In this document: positions 13,861 through 26,590 of the stretch, piece after piece | How positions within the stretch are numbered: the first letter of the stretch is position 1 | Layout of the letters: each line of letters begins with the position of its first letter | From: Glaucostegus cemiculus | Taxonomy: Eukaryota | Direction: 5' to 3' | NCBI GenBank assembly: GCA_976551045.1 | Contig: CDPCPM010000370.1 | Location: forward strand, 1,674,001-1,738,000 | DNA: 64,000 nucleotides | Notes under the pieces: generated by a model | Seen by the model: the letters and a program-made list of their open reading frames with translations, nothing else | Database searches by the model: none | What the model was told of the DNA's origin: nothing | Translations under genes and position numbers: made by a program

Positions 13861-14429
13861 AAGACTGATATCCGAGATATTAAAGGAGAAATGACAATAG
13901 CTCAGGGTTAAAATGTTAAAAAAATGTGAAAGAAAAACACAGCAAGTATAAGGCACCCTGCATGTCAAGGGCTGCTCTATAAGAAGCAAGTATATGTGAA
14001 GTGAACATTACGCTGGAGATTCACATCATGAATAGAGACTGTGTTGGGTACGTACTTATGAAGAAAACAAGAGGGAAAAGAAGGAACGCCAGATATCAAT
14101 GGTGGACAAGATTAAAGGAAGTCCCAACTCATTTATAGGCATATCAAAGGCAAAACTGCAACCAGGGAAGTTAACAGACCTTATGACAATGCAAACTCCA
14201 CAAACCTCTCCTCATTAAACCTTGTTTATTGAAAGCCAAATCGAATTTTTGATCATGATCAACTAAGTCCCCGATTTTGTCTGTGTCATTTCTATGCCAT
14301 AAATATCCAAATGCTTGACTTGATGGGTTCTGCAGTAATATTCCGCAGTTGCAGTGGGGTGATGCAAAGCAGGACCATAACAGAGGACAAAGTTGAAGTC
14401 GCAATATACTGGTTTAAAGGAGCAAGGCC

Positions 14430-15700
14430 AGTACAGACAGGAGCAGGAGAGCAAAGGGACAGGTCTGTCTGCCCACAATGTTGTGCCCAATTAATTAAAC
14501 TGGTAAATAAACTCCTCAGTTAACTAATTCTTTCCACCTACGGAATGCCTGTATCTCTCCACTCTCTGCACATTCATGTGGCTTCCATTGAGCATTTAAG
14601 CGCCTGTACCGTATTTCCCTACATCACCAACCCTTGCAGCGCATTCCTGCATCAACACCCACCCACCCGGCAGCGCATTCCATGCACCCACAATTTTCTG
14701 TGTCAAAAACCTCCCAGTGCTTCTTTGAACTTAACCGCTCTCGTATGAAATGTAAACCCTCCAGTAGCAGACATTTCGGTGCTGTGAGGAAAGATTCCAA
14801 CTGTCTGTCGATCTATGCTTCTCCGCACTTCACCCCAAGACTCCACAGCATCGGAGAACACAGTCTAAATTTGTCAATCCTGTCCTCATGGTATATGCCC
14901 CAGAATCCCTGCCGTGGTCAGTTAAACATTTTCTGCACCAACTCGGAATTCTCCATATCGTTCCATTGATTGGGTGACCAGAGCAAAATGCAATTCTCCA
15001 GATGCGGCCTTAGTAGATCTTTCTGAAGCTGCAACGTAATTTCTCGACTTTTGAAGTCAATTCCTCTAGGAAGAATGGTAAGCATGCAACAGGCTTTCTT
15101 TGCCACCCTGTCAAGCAGTGGAGGCATTTTCGGGAATCTATGGACTTGGACGACAATGTTCCTCTGTATATTAACACAGTAGACTGTCCCTCTAGATTCG
15201 CTGGAGGTAGTGCAGCGATCCATCAAATTGATTCCTGAGTGTAGAGGTTGACGAACAAGATAAAAGTTATTATAGTCTGGGACAAACCTCGGCGGAGTTC
15301 GGAAACAGAGACATGATCTTATTGAAGGATAAACGATTCTGAAGAGGATTGATGGAGAAGATTCTCAGAGGAAGTCTCCACCGGTGAGTGTAAAGAACGC
15401 AGGTTTTTTTTTTTTACTCAGTATAAACCATCACCGATGATGACGAAGACGTGGAAGATCTTCTTTCGGAGAGTTGTGACACTTTGGAATTCTCTCCTTC
15501 CGAGAACTATGGATGTGGAAACATTGAATAAATTCAAGGTTAGGACTGACTGACAGTTAAATCATAGGAGAGTCAAAAGGCGCAGGAACGAAGCGGAACG
15601 TGATACTGAGGCTTAGAGGGTATTGGTCCTGATCGGCTGAAGAGATTAGCCAGTGCGAGCGGTGGGCTGACTCTCTCCTTTATTTTCGTATGTTGTTCTC
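14430..15700. mobile_element. CR1 LINE 3'-end fragments in opposite orientations (minus ~14430-15180, plus ~15190-15700)
   Basis: 'GIDFKSREITLQLQKDLLRPHLENCILLWSP' on minus; on plus, typical CR1 3' region 'ttctttcggagagttgtgacactttggaattctct'. Confidence 0.7.
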
Positions 15701-18700
15701 GTTACATATTCCATATCAAAACATGCTATGCAGATATGGGACCAATCAAACTCTCGTGGCCTCCTGATAGAATCTGGAAGTGCAGAACTTTAAGTAAGAG
15801 AACAGTATCTTTCCTTCTTATTTCCCGTCTTAAATTCTGTTTCTGTATATTGTTTACATTTTTCTACAACACCAGACATTAAATAGCATAATAAATATGA
15901 TTCCATGCAAAAATTAGAATGAATCGAATAATTTTCAGTGGAAAGGTCCAAAGAAACACGAAGCATGCAGGACAGTCGCCATTCGGCCTTTCCAACCCGT
16001 TCCTTGCTACAGTTTGATCCTGGTTGATCGTTCAAATTCTGTCCCTGCTCCTGCTCCATTCAATTATGCCTCTGGACCCAGGATCTAATTCTAACACGTT
16101 TGCGAATGTACTTAATGATATGGTCATTGGCTTCACTTCCATTTCGACACTGATCATTCAGTCTAGAATGGCCTTCTGTCCACAGTGTCAGAGCAGCAAC
16201 ATGGCACCGTTAATCATAGTTGTCCATCTGTTCACCAATAGCGACGCGTGCTCATGGTTTGACAAATGTGTTGCTGGGCAGATTTTTATGTTGTTCGCTG
16301 GTAATCACCAGCTTGGCTTTCTCCCCCTGATCAACGGGGCTGGAAGCAGCTCATAAATTCTCTGCACAAAATCCACAGGTGTTTCCGTTCAGTTACATTG
16401 TGAACTTGTGCCCGTTCAGGACAGTGAATGGTTCGACACCGGACAGACCTTGAGGGAGAGCGGTGAACTGAGTGAGATTTAAAATAAAATTAAATGAACA
16501 ATCATTAACTATGTTTACGGAAGTTAGAGATGTTTACTGGGGCCAAGGTGATGTGTGGAATTAGCATATGGGACTGAATTTGCACGATCCTCTCTGAATG
16601 TTGGATGGCACATTGGGTACCCAGCTCACAAAGTATCTGATGATCCTTGCACTTATTTACATCAGTAGCATACGGTGTGGGTGCAAAAACAGTCAAACTC
16701 GCACTGCCTTCCCCAAAACTGCAATGTGCCCCAATATTACACAAGGGCAAAATTGTCTTTCATTTATTCACAACTCATGCTTCCTCTAAGCTTTCATTCT
16801 TGCAGTGCTCTGTTGATGGGATTATCAAAGAGTTTTTTGAATGTGGGTCCATGAGAAATTTATTGTGAAAGGAGAGGTATTTAATGTTATTATTGCATTT
16901 AATTTTCCAGCCAATCATGCTCAGTTTTAATCTCTCCTTACAATTCTGTATCCGGTGTCCAAATTTTAATTATCAGCTCACAAAATAACTGAAAGGAAAC
17001 ATCTCTGAATTCTGTGCAATGAAATTGATGGGTTGTTTCCAGCTCGCTGCTCAGAGAGAGAAAGAGCTGCCGTGCGTGATTGGGACCTGACAAGATAAAA
17101 CATCTGCCCAGCAACAAGTCACTAATATAACATGAAAAAATCTAATTGGTTACCTCGGGCATCATTCACATTGAATTGTTGATCTGTCATATTCTGAGCG
17201 AGTGGACACTGGGCAGCTGGTATTGCTTGCGATTAGCTGTCACCGCTACAATGGGATTCACAGTCTCTAAGATTATGGTTTAAATCGAGGTTTGGGGATT
17301 TTATGACACTGGGGCACCAGGCAGCTCAAGATGATGGGAATGACAGGGAGTCACAGACAACACAATCAGCTTTCTTTCCTGCTCAGCGAAGGTCTAATGT
17401 GTCCAGAATCGCCCGTTACCCGCACACTGACCCTATGTTAATAAATTGAACTATTCTGTGTGAAGGTCACGATTTTAATGCAAGTAGATACATGTCCAAG
17501 TATCAAGCATGGCTTCAATGAATGCTGGTGACCTGAGCGCGTGTTTCTCAAGAAGATGACAGAGGGATTTTACCCGGCGGCCAAAGTTAAGTTTACGTTG
17601 ACCCCATGTAAACTACTGACCGTGTCATATCTCCATCATTCCTCACTGTTGAGTCTGACAAGAACGTTCCCCTCGCCCACATTCTATATTGCGCCAACGT
17701 GTGTCAACCTATCAGTATTAATTATTCAAGCAAATGTAAATTATGTTGCATATCTTGTGTCCATTTGGTCCCGGCAATAATGTGCAGTTTGTTGGACATA
17801 AAATCGATTAGAAAACTGGTCATCGAATCGAAATGGAGCTTTATAGACATTTGCTCTCCAATCATGCTGAGGACAGTGACATTAACAGTGAGATACCAAT
17901 TCACCTCAATAAACACTGTCCCTTGAAATACTCCAGAGGAAACAGAAACATTGGGAATAAACAAAGAAATGTTTCACATCTCTATCCCATTGGAAACGTC
18001 CAGAGTGGGTTCAGCATTGAATGGATGCAAAGCCAAAGCCCGTTGATGCTCTCCCACCACATACGCCGGGGCAGGAACAGCATTCGTCAGATGAGCCTCC
18101 GAGTTCCTGCAACGCCACGTTAAATACTCCGGCCAGCGGAAGAACACCTTCTATTCAGAGTAAGACGAGTGCAACTGCCCTATCATATTTCTAATCGAGA
18201 TAATGTGGGAGATATATGGAGAAGCAATACTTCTACAGTTTCTCATCAACCCTTTCCACGGTTTACCGACATAATAATCGTCTATCTTTTATGTCCCGAA
18301 AATCATTTCCAGGAAAATTTCCATCTATACAGTCACATCAGACGCTCCCAGGGCAATTCCAACATGGGCCAGAAAAGATTTTGTTCTTTCTGAACATTGT
18401 ATGCATAGTTTACATATCTTTGCAAAACTGCTGTAATACACTTGGTACAACTCTGCAGATAGCCTGACGTTCAGGTCGAGAATTCATTGCTTTGACATTG
18501 AATTTTAATATTTGCGGTTAACCATTGCTGAGAGGCATGGCAGTTAAGCACATTAAACTGGGGTAGAGAGAGGGTGGGGTTTACATGAAATCTCCCTGCA
18601 CCTCATTTGTTGCGTTCCCATCTCGCTGTGCACTGGGGAACTTTGTCCAATTTGAGTCTGGATTTAATCTCCATGTTATTCACCGCTAACTGAGAGAAGG

Positions 18701-18860
18701 CGATCTGAAACATTGACCATTGCGGTTGATCGCTTGAAGATTTGCATCTCGCTCTATCTAAGTCTCTTCTGCGTTGACAGGGAAAATTTTATTCTGTTTC
18801 TGTCTCTCTGCGTTCTAATCTGAGATAGTTATCTCTGCGATATGTCACATCAACGCGTGC

Positions 18861-18891
18861 TGCTGTGCTTCGCGCAGAAGTAAACACCTGA
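18861..18891 (-). pseudogene. Possible 3' relic of a V segment (SGVYFCAK + CACAGCA heptamer)
   Basis: FR3-end motif directly abutting a heptamer at 18867-18861; nonamer poor and upstream V frame not recoverable. Confidence 0.3.
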
Positions 18892-21249
18892 ACAAAAATA
18901 TTTACTGATTTCCCTCAACTGACCAGATCGGGTTATTTTGAGAATACTGACAACTGGTGTTAAATAACTGAAGTTTCTCGGATAGTAGCATGTTTTCTGA
19001 ATACAAAGCAAGCTGTGATTCACATCCAATAGGAAGGCAGGGAACATTAGGATGTCTGTTCCACTAGTTGCCCCGTCAGCAGCATCCTGGAGCCACTGCA
19101 GTAGCATTTGAAATATGTCCTCAATTAGAATGCAGTGAAATAGGCGACAACGATGGCAACATCATTTTTTAACGAGGGCGATTGTCGAAAAAATATAACT
19201 GTGGTACGAAACGAATAACATTAATGGACATGTTAAAATCGTGATGGCTTGGTATGATGTCAACAGCAGAACTGGGCCTTGCCTCAATCGTGCTTCACTC
19301 GTCCGTGTCCTGGTTAAACGTAAATTTGGTCTTGCGTAGCATGTCTGTACTAGATAATACCCTTCGTTTTCTCTGAGTTACCATTCAACGCGACGTTTAG
19401 TGACTTACATTGCACTTAACGTTTTCTGTTCACCTTCCATTGTTCATTACACTTGGGGCTTTGGCTGACTTTCTTCCTGAATGTCTGCTCTGCCAGTTGT
19501 TACTCAGTTACTAATGCACGAACCACTGTTTACAAAGGTCATATGGTGTATTAATATGCCGCTGTGTACTGAATTACTTTTTCCACTGACAATACCCGGC
19601 CTTTGTTTAAATCCTGCTTCTTGTCATTAAACATTAGATGTTCCACATGCCATTACATGATGCCTTGGCAAAGCCTGTATTGTTCGGGATCCCGTTTGTG
19701 TATGTATTCACCAGTATCTGTCCAAGCAGTGTGGGTATGTGCAAATGTGAATCATTCCTCATCTGCATTACCCTGAGTGCTGTTGGTATAAATGCCACGA
19801 AGTCCGATGTTTGTCAAGTTTCCCTGGACGGAACTTTATTAATTTTGTTTAATTCTCTGTTTATATTTACATTGTTTAAACAATTTCACACTGTATTATG
19901 TCATGTGTCTTAATTGTTCATATAGTTAGGATGAACGTAGTTATGCTGTTCCAGACAATCTCTTTTTAAATTTTGCCTTTTGTTTCAATTACACTATCTC
20001 TTCACTCTTGTTAAATATCGCATTGACTAACATTTTGCAATATTAGTGCCTGCCGGTTATGTAACAGAGAATCAGAGAGGGCACCAGGTAACGCCTCCGC
20101 TGAAAAGCGTCATCGTACTCGTAGTATTATCGAGCCGAAGCGGCACTGATGCATTAGCCTGGTTTCTGTGACCCCAAACCTGGAAATGGAAGCCAGGATG
20201 ACACACCGAGCTCAGACTGATTCCACACATCTCCATCTCTCATCTCCTCCAATGTGCCCAGTCAATACACGAAATACCTCCAATTTCTCTTCAGTTTCGG
20301 CTCCACAATGTTGATTAGCATCACTCATACACAGTTCCAGCAACAGTCCCCGATCCTCACTCATGATTATACGATCCCCAATCTATATTTGCAAGTTTGC
20401 CATTGATACCTCTTGTGTTGTCAACACAGGATACGGCATAATGTTAAAGTTACAGCAGAACATTACTGCCTCTGACACTGCCATTGTTATTACTGTATCA
20501 CATACCGCCTTTGTTATTCATGCAGTTGCTTTCGCCTGTTTTTATTGAATGTACGGGAATTTCCCAAAATCCATCAATTCAGCCAGCAGCCTTGTGAATT
20601 CATCACTTTTTGGATGCTGGGAAACTGTGTCATTTTATACGTCGTGCTTCAGCACGGTCTCTATTAATGATGTATGTATGAGGACTCTGCAGATTCTCAG
20701 TATTTTTTACAACGCGGAAAGCTTCTCATCACACCCCAAACACTGGGACACTGCATCTGTTGCCCCCTCCCGTCGGCTACCGTTATTTGCGCGATGCATC
20801 AGAGATTTTCGAACGCTTCGTCTCTCCAGAAGATGGAGCTGTGGACTCATGTTTTCCACTTCTTTCCCTGTTAACATCTCATTCGGCCTGTTTATTTCCA
20901 TTTCGTGCACTGGACCATGTCTGATTACACAATTATTTGCACTTATTTTTCCTTTTCTCCTCAGCAAGTCCCCAGGGATCGAGAATGCCTTGCTTGCACT
21001 CTGGATGCATCATTTCTGAGAAGGCTAATGTGAGAATGTCGGACACTTCCACAGTTTTTGCAGGAGGTGGCAGACCGTTTCATATTACCCATGGCATTGT
21101 GCTACCGAAGACATCATAGGATGGTTTCTTTATGTTGAATTGTCGATGTTGTGTGTTCATACGATATAATTTATTAATGATATTTTATAACGATATCCCT
21201 CAGTGTTCTGGACACGATCTCTTTCGGGATTAGAACTATAGAAGCATAG

Positions 21250-22010
21250 AATTCCAAAGTACAGATATCAGGCCATTCGGCCCTTCCCGTCCGTGCTGAA
21301 ACATTATGCCGGTGTTCCCATTTATCTGCAACCAGTCCAGTACCCTCCAGACCTCCCTTCCATGAATCTATCTAATTAATTGTTAAAACACAAGAGCTAG
21401 CCCTGATTTAGCACATCAGATGGCAGTCCGTTCCATACTCCCAACACTGTTGGAGTGAAGTCCCCCTTTACTTTCCCATTAAACCTTTCCTCTTTCACCG
21501 TGATGCCATGTCCTCCCGTACATATCTCTCCTAATCTTGGTGGAAAGGGAAAACTCGCATTAACTCTCTATACAGCTCATAATTGTGTAAACCTCAATCA
21601 AATCTCCCCTCATTCATCTGTACTCCAAATGCTAGTATTCTATACTTTTCTATCATTCCTTGAAACACAACTCCAGAAGACCCGGAAACATTCTAATAAA
21701 TCTCCTCTGCACTCTTTCAACCTCCCATGTGGGACCTTGTCAAAGGCCTTACTAAGGATTTTGTAGACGAAATCCAGAGCCTTTCCGTCATCTAATTTCT
21801 TGGTATCCTACTCGAAAAACTCTACAATATCCGTTAAACACGACCTGCCACACACAAAGCCAATGCTGACTATCCTTCATCAGACAGTGGCTGTCCAATT
21901 ACTTGTGTATCAGATCTCTCCGAACACCGTCCAATAAATTACCTAAATCTAGTGTCAGGCTCACTGGCCTGTAATAACCTGGTTTACTTTTAGATCCTTT
22001 CAATAGGAAC
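21250..22010 (-). mobile_element. CR1 LINE fragment
   Basis: Similar at the nucleotide level to the CR1 copies at 1-620 and 10.3-11.4 kb (e.g. 'accttgtcaaaggccttact', 'cacgacctgcc', 'ctcactggcctgtaa'). Confidence 0.7.
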
Positions 22011-22227
22011 TACCCTCCGGTCCTCCAGCACGACCATCCAGTCTTCCGGCACCCATCATCCCGTCCAACAGTACACTCCTGGATTACACAAGGATTGTAC
22101 TTGGTTATGTCACAATGATTCGACATATATTATACATACCCTCTCGTGGTTTTTCCAAGACAACGCACCACGTCTCTGCAAATATCATCAGTCCATGCCT
22201 CTGTATGTCTGCTGCAGTAGCCTATCT

Positions 22228-22751
22228 NNNNNNNNNNNNNNNNNNNNNNNNNNNNNNNNNNNNNNNNNNNNNNNNNNNNNNNNNNNNNNNNNNNNNNNNN
22301 NNNNNNNNNNNNNNNNNNNNNNNNNNNNNNNNNNNNNNNNNNNNNNNNNNNNNNNNNNNTATATAGAGATCACTCGAGTGAGATATATATATATAATATA
22401 TAATATACACACTCACACACACATATATATATAACAGATTAACATATATAATGCGGTGTCCTGTCTCTGTATGGCAGATGGCCCTGTTCTGATTTATGTT
22501 GTAGTGCACCATATTACATGAAAATTAATCTGAATTGTCTCCACTGCAGATAATCTTATCATAAAAAGCTATGCAGCTTTGTCTGTTGCATTGGTCTTAC
22601 TTTCCATTTATATTGTTTCGGGCGCTGAATCTATGACTGGAACAACGAACTTCAGATGATGCACAGCACCCTTTCTCTTTGTAGATTAAACATAGTCCCA
22701 CAGCTACTTAAATCAAATTAAACAGTGTATTCTCTTGTACTCTTCTTAACG

Positions 22752-22808
<57 letters not shown>

Positions 22809-23151
22809 GTATATACATACATACAAACCAATATATAATATGTGTGCGTATCAAGAGATTTAGTGATATATATCAGTATAAAAGATTGTATCATTATGAA
22901 AATATATGCTATTATATTTTCATATATATCACTATCCCTATATTTATATATATGCGCCACTATATATCTATGAATATATATATGTTACCATATACACAGC
23001 GGCACATATATAACACTACATANNNNNNNNNNNNNNNNNNNNNNNNNNNNNNNNNNNNNNNNNNNNNNNNNNNNNNNNNNNNNNNNNNNNNNNNNNNNNN
23101 NNNNNNNNNNNNNNNNNNNNNNNNNNNNNNNNNNNNNNNNNNNNNNNNNNN
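22228..23151. repeat. AT/CT microsatellite-rich region with two assembly gaps
   Basis: (TA)n, (CT)n and N runs. Confidence 0.85.
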
Positions 23152-23199
23152 GTCCCTGCATATGTGCACATTGGTTCCTTTATCTGTTGAACTTGCATA

Positions 23200-23650
23200 A
23201 GGCTCTGTCTCAATTGTTTTCACTTCATGCAGGAATTCCTTTGATATTCCACTAAGGCCTGTCCCTGCAATACCTGCGACATGATGATTCTCAATATTGG
23301 TGCCCCCAAAAGGCTGCGTCCTCAGCTCTCTACTCAACTCCCAATAAACTCGTGACTGTGTGGCTAGATTCTGTTCTAACTCCATCTATAATGTTGCAGA
23401 GCGTACCACGGATGCATACAGTAACTCAAACGGCGATGAGTCGGAGTACAGGAAAGAAATGGAGAGCTTCGTGGAATGGTGTCATGAAAATAACTTTGCC
23501 CTCAATGGAAACATAACGAAAGATCTTGTCACTGACTTCAGGAAAAAAGGCGGCATACATGCACCTATCTACATCAATGGTGCTGAGATGGAGAGCATTG
23601 TGAGCTTCAGCTTCCGAGGAGTGAACATCGCCAACAGCCCATCCTGGTGA
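23200..23650 (+). mobile_element. Rex1/Babar-like RT fragment
   Basis: 'ARFCSNSIYNVA...GDESEYRKEMESFVEWCHENNFALNGNITKDLVTDFRK', same family as the 8.2-9.2 kb copy. Confidence 0.75.
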
Positions 23651-23659
23651 ATTCACGGA

Positions 23660-24230
23660 CAGTGGCATGCAAAAGTTTGCGGAAACGCTGCTCAAAATTT
23701 CTGTTACCGTGACTAGCTTAGCGAGTAAAAGATGACCTGATTTCTAAAAAACATAAAGTCAAGGATCTTGAGCCGTCTTGCATGCACTGATCTTTTAGGT
23801 CTATCTACAGATTTTCAATGATGCCAAGATCGATGGACTCTGCGGACCATCGCAGATCCTTCAGCTTGAGCCTCTTGAAGTCGTCGATTGTGGATTTTGA
23901 GGTGTGTTTAGGATAGCTATCCTGTTGTAGAAACCACCCTCTTTTCATCTTCAGCTTTTATTATTCAGACGGTGTGATGTTTGGTTCCAGAATTTGCTGG
24001 TATTTAATCGAATTCATTCTTCTCTCTACCAGTGAAATGTTGCCCGTGCCACTGGCTGCAACATAAGCCCAACATTTGAAGAGCTGCTCTTTTCATGAAA
24101 TTCTGCAGCCTGTTTTTCTCCAAACATACCTTTGTTTATTGCAGCCAAAAAAAAAGTTATATTTTAACTTAATCAGTCCACAAGACCTATTTCCCAAATA
24201 TATCAGGCCTGTTTAGATGTCTGGTGGGGA
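23660..24230. mobile_element. Tc1/mariner fragment (same family as 60931-62573)
   Basis: Begins with TIR CAGTGGCATGCAAAAGTTTG; internal sequence matches 61390-61660. Confidence 0.75.
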
Positions 24231-24954
24231 CGAAGGAATTAAGACTTCTAGTCGCAGGATGAGGAACGGGAATTATATGTTTGGTGCTTTTCTTCGCGGT
24301 TTTCTTCCCTGAATTTCATTGCAATATCTCCTTTTCAGTTAATTTTCTTTGAAAGTTGCCTCCGGTTTTTGAACTGACGTCGTTCTGTGTCCCGGATATA
24401 TTTCACCGAGAACTCCGTTGCTCAGAGGTAACTGTTCGAATGCCGAGAAATGTAGAAGAACAATACTGTATTTTTGTTCTGAACGTCTTGAAATGATTCG
24501 GCAGCTTCTTGCGATGTTTGCCGGTCGGATTGAGACGAGGGTAGTTCTTGTTCGAGGAAATTGCGAGTCGGGTAACTCTGATACAATGAGAGCTATGCAG
24601 AAGGATCGGGGACTGCAGATATTATCACAGCAGATAGTCGTCTCAATACCTTGCCCTCACTCCGCTGTCCACTCGGGAATATTCAGAAATGAAAACAGAA
24701 AATGCCGGGAAAACCCAGAAGGAGAAGATAGAAAATTAGATAATGTTTCATGAATTTTCTGTTCGAACAGTTTTCATCACAACTTGTTACATATATACAG
24801 ATATGTACGCATATAAAAGAAAATAACGTGATTGTTGTAACATCAGTCACTTTCAAAGTTAAGCAGCTTCATTTTCTGAACGAGTTCTGCAAAGCGGCCC
24901 AGAGGTGATGTGAGCAAGGGGAGGGCGATCTCAGTGTATGTCCGGGGAGGGAGG

Positions 24955-25050
24955 ACGTTTTGTTGAACACCCCCGGATGCAGGCAGATTGTGTAGTTGGA
25001 GCAGTTACGTATGGCTCGTAACGTGGTCCAGATCTGGTATAATAATATGA
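24955..25050 (-). pseudogene. Possible highly decayed V 3' end with RSS
   Basis: CACAATC (24992-24986)+22 bp+ACAAAACGT preceded by GCCATACGTAACTGCTCC, resembling a degenerate AxYYCA. Confidence 0.3.
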
Positions 25051-26059
25051 GATGCAGCGTTCCAAATACTGTCTAATAGGGAGAACGTATTTTGTGCTCT
25101 CAGTACTTCGGAGTTTTGAGAAGAAATAACAGGGACTAGGACCAATACTATTCAACACTCATTATAAATAACATACACAGGTGAAAAAAGTGGGCTTCAT
25201 GCAGTAAAATCAGGTATTGAGATTCGTATCAGAGGAAGTCATACAAGCTCCAAGACTGCACTGAGAGTAAAAAGATCAATCAGAGTACACTCATCCACTT
25301 GACACTCGATGTTCACCTTACTCAGTTCCTTATGATAAAATGACCATTCTTACTGCTGAAGGCACTCCAACGCAACACAACGCCTTATTTTCATATTCCG
25401 CCATTCCTCTCTAACACCGGGTGCAACTTGTCTGTAAATTTCGTCAATGACCATTGCAAATCATGCTGGTTCGCTTCATCCGAAACAGACCCATATACAT
25501 TTGAAGCCATTCACTCTGCATATCACATTTACACTTAGCACGTATAGTTTTGAGTTAAAACAAAAATTGACTGCGCTCATCTCAGGTTTTGTTCGCAATG
25601 TGATTATCTCTTTTACACCAGGCACTGTCACAATATATTCTGTGAATCACCAGCCCCTTCACCATTCATGTTGCCCATCCCGATTACACTCAGACAATTT
25701 CTGTTTCCAATAGACCAGCCCGGTCATTGATGACATTACTCCATGCACCGTGGTTCCATATCTTTCTCAACAGACTCTCGTAATGCAGATTTTTACTTCT
25801 GTTTGTATACAATGTCTGTGCCAGGAGTTAGAACACTGAATTCGGTGCTTGTGAATACTCTGTGAGGAAATGTTTTGTTCATGTCCCACTGGACAGAATT
25901 CCCTAAGATGCACATAGGCGCAAACAGGTTATGTTACCAAGGCCTGTTTTAGTGTCCAGTTACCATGTGTTTACCATCTGTACTGGACTAGGACTTTGCT
26001 CATTGGTTCAGTCAGTCAGGAAGGAACGTTGGTCCATAAGTTGATATACCTTGGAACAT

Positions 26060-26590
26060 GCCTTGTCACTAATTGTGCTCCATCACATTCTTCTGCTGTA
26101 TTATGCTGCACAATTGCTCCACAAGATAAATCTAAACACGACGCCAAATCGTTTCTTTAATTTTCCTTCATCCACCTCTGCCTTGGTTGGTATAATCTCA
26201 ACGGAACAAAACACTCCGACTCATCATTTCAGCAGCCGTTATCCCAGAGTTTACAACACAAAGCCATGTGGCTAACCATATCACACGGTGCCCTTCCTGT
26301 GCAAGTCCTGCTCTGATTCATGCCTTGAAACAAATCAAGCCAGAAGTGCATGAAGGAAAATTAAAGAAAGGATTTAGCATAATTTCAAAAGAAAGGTTGG
26401 AAACACACAGTGGGTTGAGAGAGACTCCAATGTAATGTAAAAGTCAGCACGGTTTATCTTACTATCGGTCTAAACAGTGCTGGACAGTAATCCAGGAAAA
26501 ACCAAGATATGTTTATTGTTATCTCAGTGAAACCATTGTTCGGAGTAATACAGCAGAATAATGTGATGGAGCATATCAGAGACAGGGTCT
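26060..26590. repeat. Imperfect long inverted repeat
   Basis: tgctccatcacattcttctgctgtatta (~26075) pairs with taatacagcagaataatgtgatggagca (~26546); tttctttaattttccttcat (~26152) pairs with atgaaggaaaattaaagaaa (~26350). Confidence 0.7.

Noticed and set aside
17330-17430. Faint V FR1-like 'DSGHIRPSLSRKES' on the minus strand
   Set aside because: No Cys, Trp or YYC motif and no RSS could be recovered.
20549-21019. 156-aa ORF
   Set aside because: No recognisable domain or splice context; likely a chance ORF.
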